Shown in pieces: positions 52,540-57,357 of a stretch of DNA of 57,357 bases. A program made the position numbers and the translations under genes. The DNA comes from Nemertoderma westbladi (lineage: Eukaryota; Animalia; Xenacoelomorpha), in assembly GCA_032718475.1 (NCBI GenBank), contig JAUCBJ010001030.1, positions 1 through 57,357 on the forward strand. Reading direction: 5' to 3'. The notes beneath the pieces were generated by a model. The model was not told the origin of the DNA. It was given only the letters and a program-made list of their open reading frames with translations, and made no database searches. Numbering within the stretch: the first letter of the stretch is position 1; each line of letters opens with the position of its first letter.

Positions 52540-53316
52540 GCTTTTAGATAGTAAAGTAGTGCTCTACTGCTTTTAGATAGTAAAATAGTGCTCTACTGCT
52601 TTTAGATAGTAAAGTAGTGCTCTACTGCTTTTAGATAGTAAAGTAGTGCTCTACTGCTTTTAGATAGTAAAATAATGCTCTACTGCTTTTAGATAGTAAA
52701 ATAATGCTCTACTGCTTTTAGATAGTAAAGTAGTACTCTATTGCTTTTAGATACTAAACTAGTGCTCTACTGCTTTTAGATAGTAAAGTAGTGCTCTACT
52801 GCTTTTAGATAGTAAAGTAGTGCTCTACTGCTTTTAGATAGTAAAGTAGTGCTCTACTGCTTTTAGATAGTAAACTAGTACTCTATTGCTTTTAGATACT
52901 AAACTAGTGCTCTACTGCTTTTAGATAGTAAAGTAGTGCTCTACTGCTTTTAGATAGTAAAGTAGTGCTCTACTGCATTTAGATAGTAAACTAGTGCCCT
53001 ACTGCTTTTAGATAGTAAACTAGTGCTCTACTGCTTTTAGATAGTAAAATAGTGCTCTACTTCTTTTAGATAGTAAAGTAGTGCTATACTGCTTTTAGAT
53101 AGTAAACTAGTACTCTATTGCTTTTAGATACTAAACTAGTGCCCTACTGCTTTTAGATAGTAAACTAGTGCTCTACTACTTTTAGATAGTAAAATAGTGC
53201 TCTACTTCTTTTAGATAGTAAAGTAGTGCTCTACTGCTTTTAGATAGTAAACTAGTGCTCTACTGCTTTTAAATAGTAAACTAGTGCCCTACTGCTTTTA
53301 GATAGTAAACTAGTGT
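52540..53316. repeat. 29-bp tandem repeat
   Basis: Unit ctactgcttttagatagtaaagtagtgct, about 27 copies. Confidence 0.96.
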
Positions 53317-53739
53317 ATGTCAGTGCTTTGTTCTGCATATGCGCATTCTCTTACTTTCATTTCTGACAATTACCATCTTCTCTGGAATCCAAACCTTGTT
53401 TGATCTTGGTTTTCCACCATCTTAGATTCAATGAACTCTGACGGTTAACACCCGCTTCTGGTATCTATATTATGCAAAACTTTCAACATGTTTTGTAAAT
53501 TGAATGTGAAGGCAACAACATTCTTAACGCCTACTGCCGAACGAAGCATGATATATTTGACTTCTCAAATTTTATTACTGTCATGTGAAATTTGCAAGAA
53601 GATTAATTAGCCCTTGATTCCGTTTTCGTATTTTATTTATCTTTGCAACATCTTAGCAACTCAGCTTATTGTTGAATTTTCAAATTTTTATTTATTTCTA
53701 TGGGGCCGCCAAGCACAAGATCTTGCATTGGCTTTCGGG

Positions 53740-54078
53740 TGACTAATGAAACACCTCCAATTCTGAATAAATCTTCTGTGATATATTTAAAACCTCCAAT
53801 TCTGTATAGCACTGGTTCGAAATGTGTGCATTGAAATTGACACAATAAACCCTGAGTAGTATTATTGCGTATGTGCCATCCAGAGATTGGGTGTCATCAG
53901 CAGTTCCTCAGCAGTTATAGCCGGTACGTAACGTACCGTTAAAGCTTGGTGCTGGTGGGACTCCCATACAGGTGTTCCGACTACCGGTGCTGATCATCGA
54001 AATAATCGAACCTTAAGATTCCGACGTATTCTATGAGACTTCCAAATCCTGGACGGGCATTCAATGCTGCCCATGCCA
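53740..54078 (-). mobile_element. Decayed fragment of the RTE-type LINE
   Basis: Aligns by eye to about 644-896 (tgtgccatccagagatt, gacttccaaatcctgga, gctgcccatgcc). Confidence 0.75.
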
Positions 54079-54865
54079 CCACCCCATTCATTTCATGCTG
54101 TACAATTTATAGGAAGGGATCTTGGGGTCTTAACCTCGAATGATAAAGTTTATTTTACCGAAAATAACTTATCTTTTATTGGCGCAATTGTAGGACTAAT
54201 CCCATCACATGCGTACTTTTTAACCTATGCAAAGCCCATGCAAAACCCCTGCTGTACAAAGCATAGCTGGTGATTAAATCTTTGATTTTTTTGTTATTTT
54301 TTGCTTGCTATTCACAAATTGTTTTGATAGGAATATGACACTTTTACAATAATTTTTTGGTTAAATTCAATTAATTCGTGAAAATTTAAATTTGCCTAAA
54401 TTTATTTCGCTACCGGACAAAAATAACGAGATAAAAACCGTAATGAGGCCTAAAAATCAGCAATTTCATATAACTGAGGCTTTTTAAAAATATAATGACA
54501 TCCTGGAATAAATATTCCGCCCAAGGTATTCCGCCAAAGCATAGTGTTAGTGTAATGTATTATAATAAATAAATGAATATTTAAATAATATAAATCAAAT
54601 AAATATAACTGTTGCTCGTATATTTTATTAGCCAAAGCCCAGAAGAACTGCTGGATTTAATTCAAGATGAACACCGATATCATAAGTCCCTGAAGCCTTT
54701 AACAGAAGGTGAGATAATAATCAAAAAAGGTTCCATCACTCAGACCAGTAATTGTAATAAATAAGATAGAGCATTGATATGTATCCCATGATAATTGACG
54801 ATAGTATCTATTTTAGCGTGAGCTAAATTATGTTCTAAAACGTTGTTGTTTATTGTATCATGTAC

Positions 54866-55980
54866 AATTTGTATACGCAATGTCCTAGTGTCGTTATTCA
54901 GGTACCTGCCAGAGTCAGTTTCACCTCCCTCCTCCTTGCTGGGTGAGCCAGAATTCTTATTTTCGCTTTCATTCTTTAGCTACAAGCGTTTGAAAAATGT
55001 GTCTCCGGCGATATTTCACAGGTCACAGTGCAATCATTCTTCAACCTTATAGTGATTTGATGGTACCAATAGAAAGCTGCCCATGCAAGGATTCCAAATA
55101 TGTAAAAATATTTGAATTTGGTTGGGAAATACCTGAGATATGGGCATTCGAATGTTGCATGTATTTGCTTCCCCTGCAGGCCATTTATTCTATTTAATTA
55201 ATGTACCATATTCTAGAACATTGTGTTTATTCCATACGTAGCTGGGCAACTAACAATGTAATGTTAACGAAACCGACATAGAGGCCAAGGTTCATTGCCA
55301 GGTTATTCGGATATTCGGTAGAGTCGCGAAACCATTACCTCGAGAAAATACAACCTGTCTTACCTGCCACTGTAGGGTGCATGCAGAGTAAATGTTGATA
55401 TACTGTTACATCTTTAATTATGCTATTACGTGCTATATTTAATTTTTTTGACTATTATATAAATGATATTTAACAATGCAATATCTCTTTAATTATACTA
55501 TTACGTAGCTATTCATAAATAAACAAAATGTTCTAGAATATGGTATTTTTATTTAATAGAATAAAATAGCCAATGCAGATGCAAAACCATATAACCTTTG
55601 AATGCTCATATCTCAGCTTATTTCCCAACCAAATTTAGATTATGTTACATATTTGGAATCCTTACATGGCCAGCTTTCCATTGGTACCAACAAATCACCA
55701 TAAGATTGAAGAATAACTGGAGTGTAACTGGTAAAATATCACCGGAGACACCTTTTTTAAACGCTTGTAGCTAAAGAATGAAAGTGAAAATAAAAATTCT
55801 GGCTCACCCAGCAAGGAGGAGGGACGTAAACTGACTCTGTTTCAAATTTCATGAAATCTCAATAAGATTTGCAGAAAAAAGTTTTTTTTTTTTTGTTGGG
55901 GGGGGGGGGGGGGGGGGGGCAGGAATAACGAACAGAATCTGAATAACGACACTAGATTCCAGGACATGGTGTATTCGAAT
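54866..55980. mobile_element. Palindromic non-autonomous DNA element with arms of about 360 bp
   Basis: 54866-55231 is inverted at 55518-55980 (e.g. ccctcctccttgctgggtgagccagaatt / aattctggctcacccagcaaggaggaggg). The right arm has an extra 55840-55938 segment. Confidence 0.8.
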
Positions 55981-56168
55981 GTCAAGTAGTAATTATAAAC
56001 GCTAAAGTACAGAGATTCCAGAGAACTGGATTCTCGTGTAACTAACGCAACTAATTACACAATGTCACTATATAGTATCTAATTGTTATTGTTGTTATGT
56101 TGCTAAGCAACATTCTTATCAATTCCTTGTTCTGTTATCCTGGCTCTTTCCAGGGTTGCCACAATATA

Positions 56169-56725
56169 AGGCTCTCTTACAGTTTGCCCCGTGCCATCTA
56201 TATATTCAATATAATTATATTTAGATTGTAATATACTCTACGTACAATTACATTTTGTTACGTTTAAATTTTTTATATGGCACTAATGGTAGACATACAA
56301 ATATTATTCAGAACAGAGTAGGAAAAGATAATAAAATAGGAATTAATGTCCTCAGGATATTTACTACAATGCATATGTGGTCTTCATGCTTCTAACACTA
56401 GCTAGTTTTTGTTTCATTTTTTAATTGTTCTCTAGAACATATTACCTATTCACTTAATATAAAAATTTTGTTCTAGTACAAATATTTTTTGTTCTAGAAC
56501 AAAAAATAAAAAGCACGAGCTAATTTGTCAATTTTTTTAATTTTTTATTGTATGATATCATTGTAAAAAAATTTTATACTAGCTAGTTTTTGTTACTTTT
56601 TTTTCAATGTTCTAGAACATATTATCTATTCATTTAATATTATTTTGTTCTAGAACAAATATATTAAGATCATTTTATTATATCAAAGAATTGCTATAAT
56701 GGCACGGCAAACTGTAAGAGTCCCC
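56169..56725. mobile_element. MITE (possibly PIF/Harbinger-like)
   Basis: TIRs ctcttacagtttgcc..gtgccat / atggcacggcaaactgtaagag, with internal gttctagaac repeats and a short internal duplication. Confidence 0.65.
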
Positions 56726-57357
56726 AATATAAAGAAATATAAGAACATTGAGATGCTTAATACTTGCAGATGGATCGAAGTTAGATGTCAAAGTGATGAT
56801 TCAAATAGAAAGTCTGGGGCCCCTCAATCAAAAAAATATGGTAAGTTTGTAAACTATTGTTGACCGTTGCTGGTACATGATTGGTTTAATGTAGATTAGG
56901 GTGTTTGCCAGATGTATTCTTATTTTTATAAAACGATTTTATTTTTTTAGATAAAATATTTAATTATCTTAAATTTTGATGAAGAGCGTTTATTTTGGTT
57001 CCCATTAAAATTATAAACCGAAACCTAGGCTTTTCTGTAACAGGCATTATTGCCATGGAAACACTAAAAGGTATAAAATTTGATAATTACTGTAACATGT
57101 TTACAGAGGAAATAAACATGAAATAATGAAATGATTATACGATATGGACAGGTCTGCGAATAACGGAGAAATCCCCTGGAAGTACTATATAAAAAACTAT
57201 AAAAAATAGATAGGGGGGGGGGGGGGGGGGGGGGGGTGACGCAATCGAAATTCAATGGGGGGAGGTTGAGACTGATCTATTATCGAATGACCGAGAGAAA
57301 ATTTAGTTGCCAATATTTCAGCCACTATATTATAGATTGCAAATCTCCGTATGCCCT

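Overview
This is AT-rich, repeat-dense animal (invertebrate-type) nuclear DNA, not prokaryotic. Host coding sequence: (1) a complete 7-exon MPPE1/PGAP5-type metallophosphoesterase gene (+, 23222-29106, 382 aa by manual splicing); (2) an isolated, intact, unusually GC-rich exon encoding the C-terminal cobalamin-binding domain of methylmalonyl-CoA mutase (-, 5281-5856), with no other mutase exons visible in the window; (3) a probable first coding exon of a secreted precursor (+, 43695-43936). The rest is mostly mobile DNA. It includes a 5'-truncated RTE-type LINE with an 8-bp target-site duplication (TSD) plus several decayed relatives, and an 11.4-kb Foldback-like element (6093-17507) with about 3.4-3.7-kb satellite-filled inverted arms, an 8-bp TSD and a loop of nested transposon debris (Crypton-like, LINE, SINE, Academ-like). 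It also holds tRNA-derived SINEs, several MITEs and five further tandem arrays. The most striking observations are a 2.7-kb satellite whose 40-bp monomer is the last ten codons plus stop codon of MPPE1, the orphan mutase exon beside the giant foldback, and a MITE sitting next to what looks like its own excision footprint. All family assignments come from motif recognition by eye; no searches were run.
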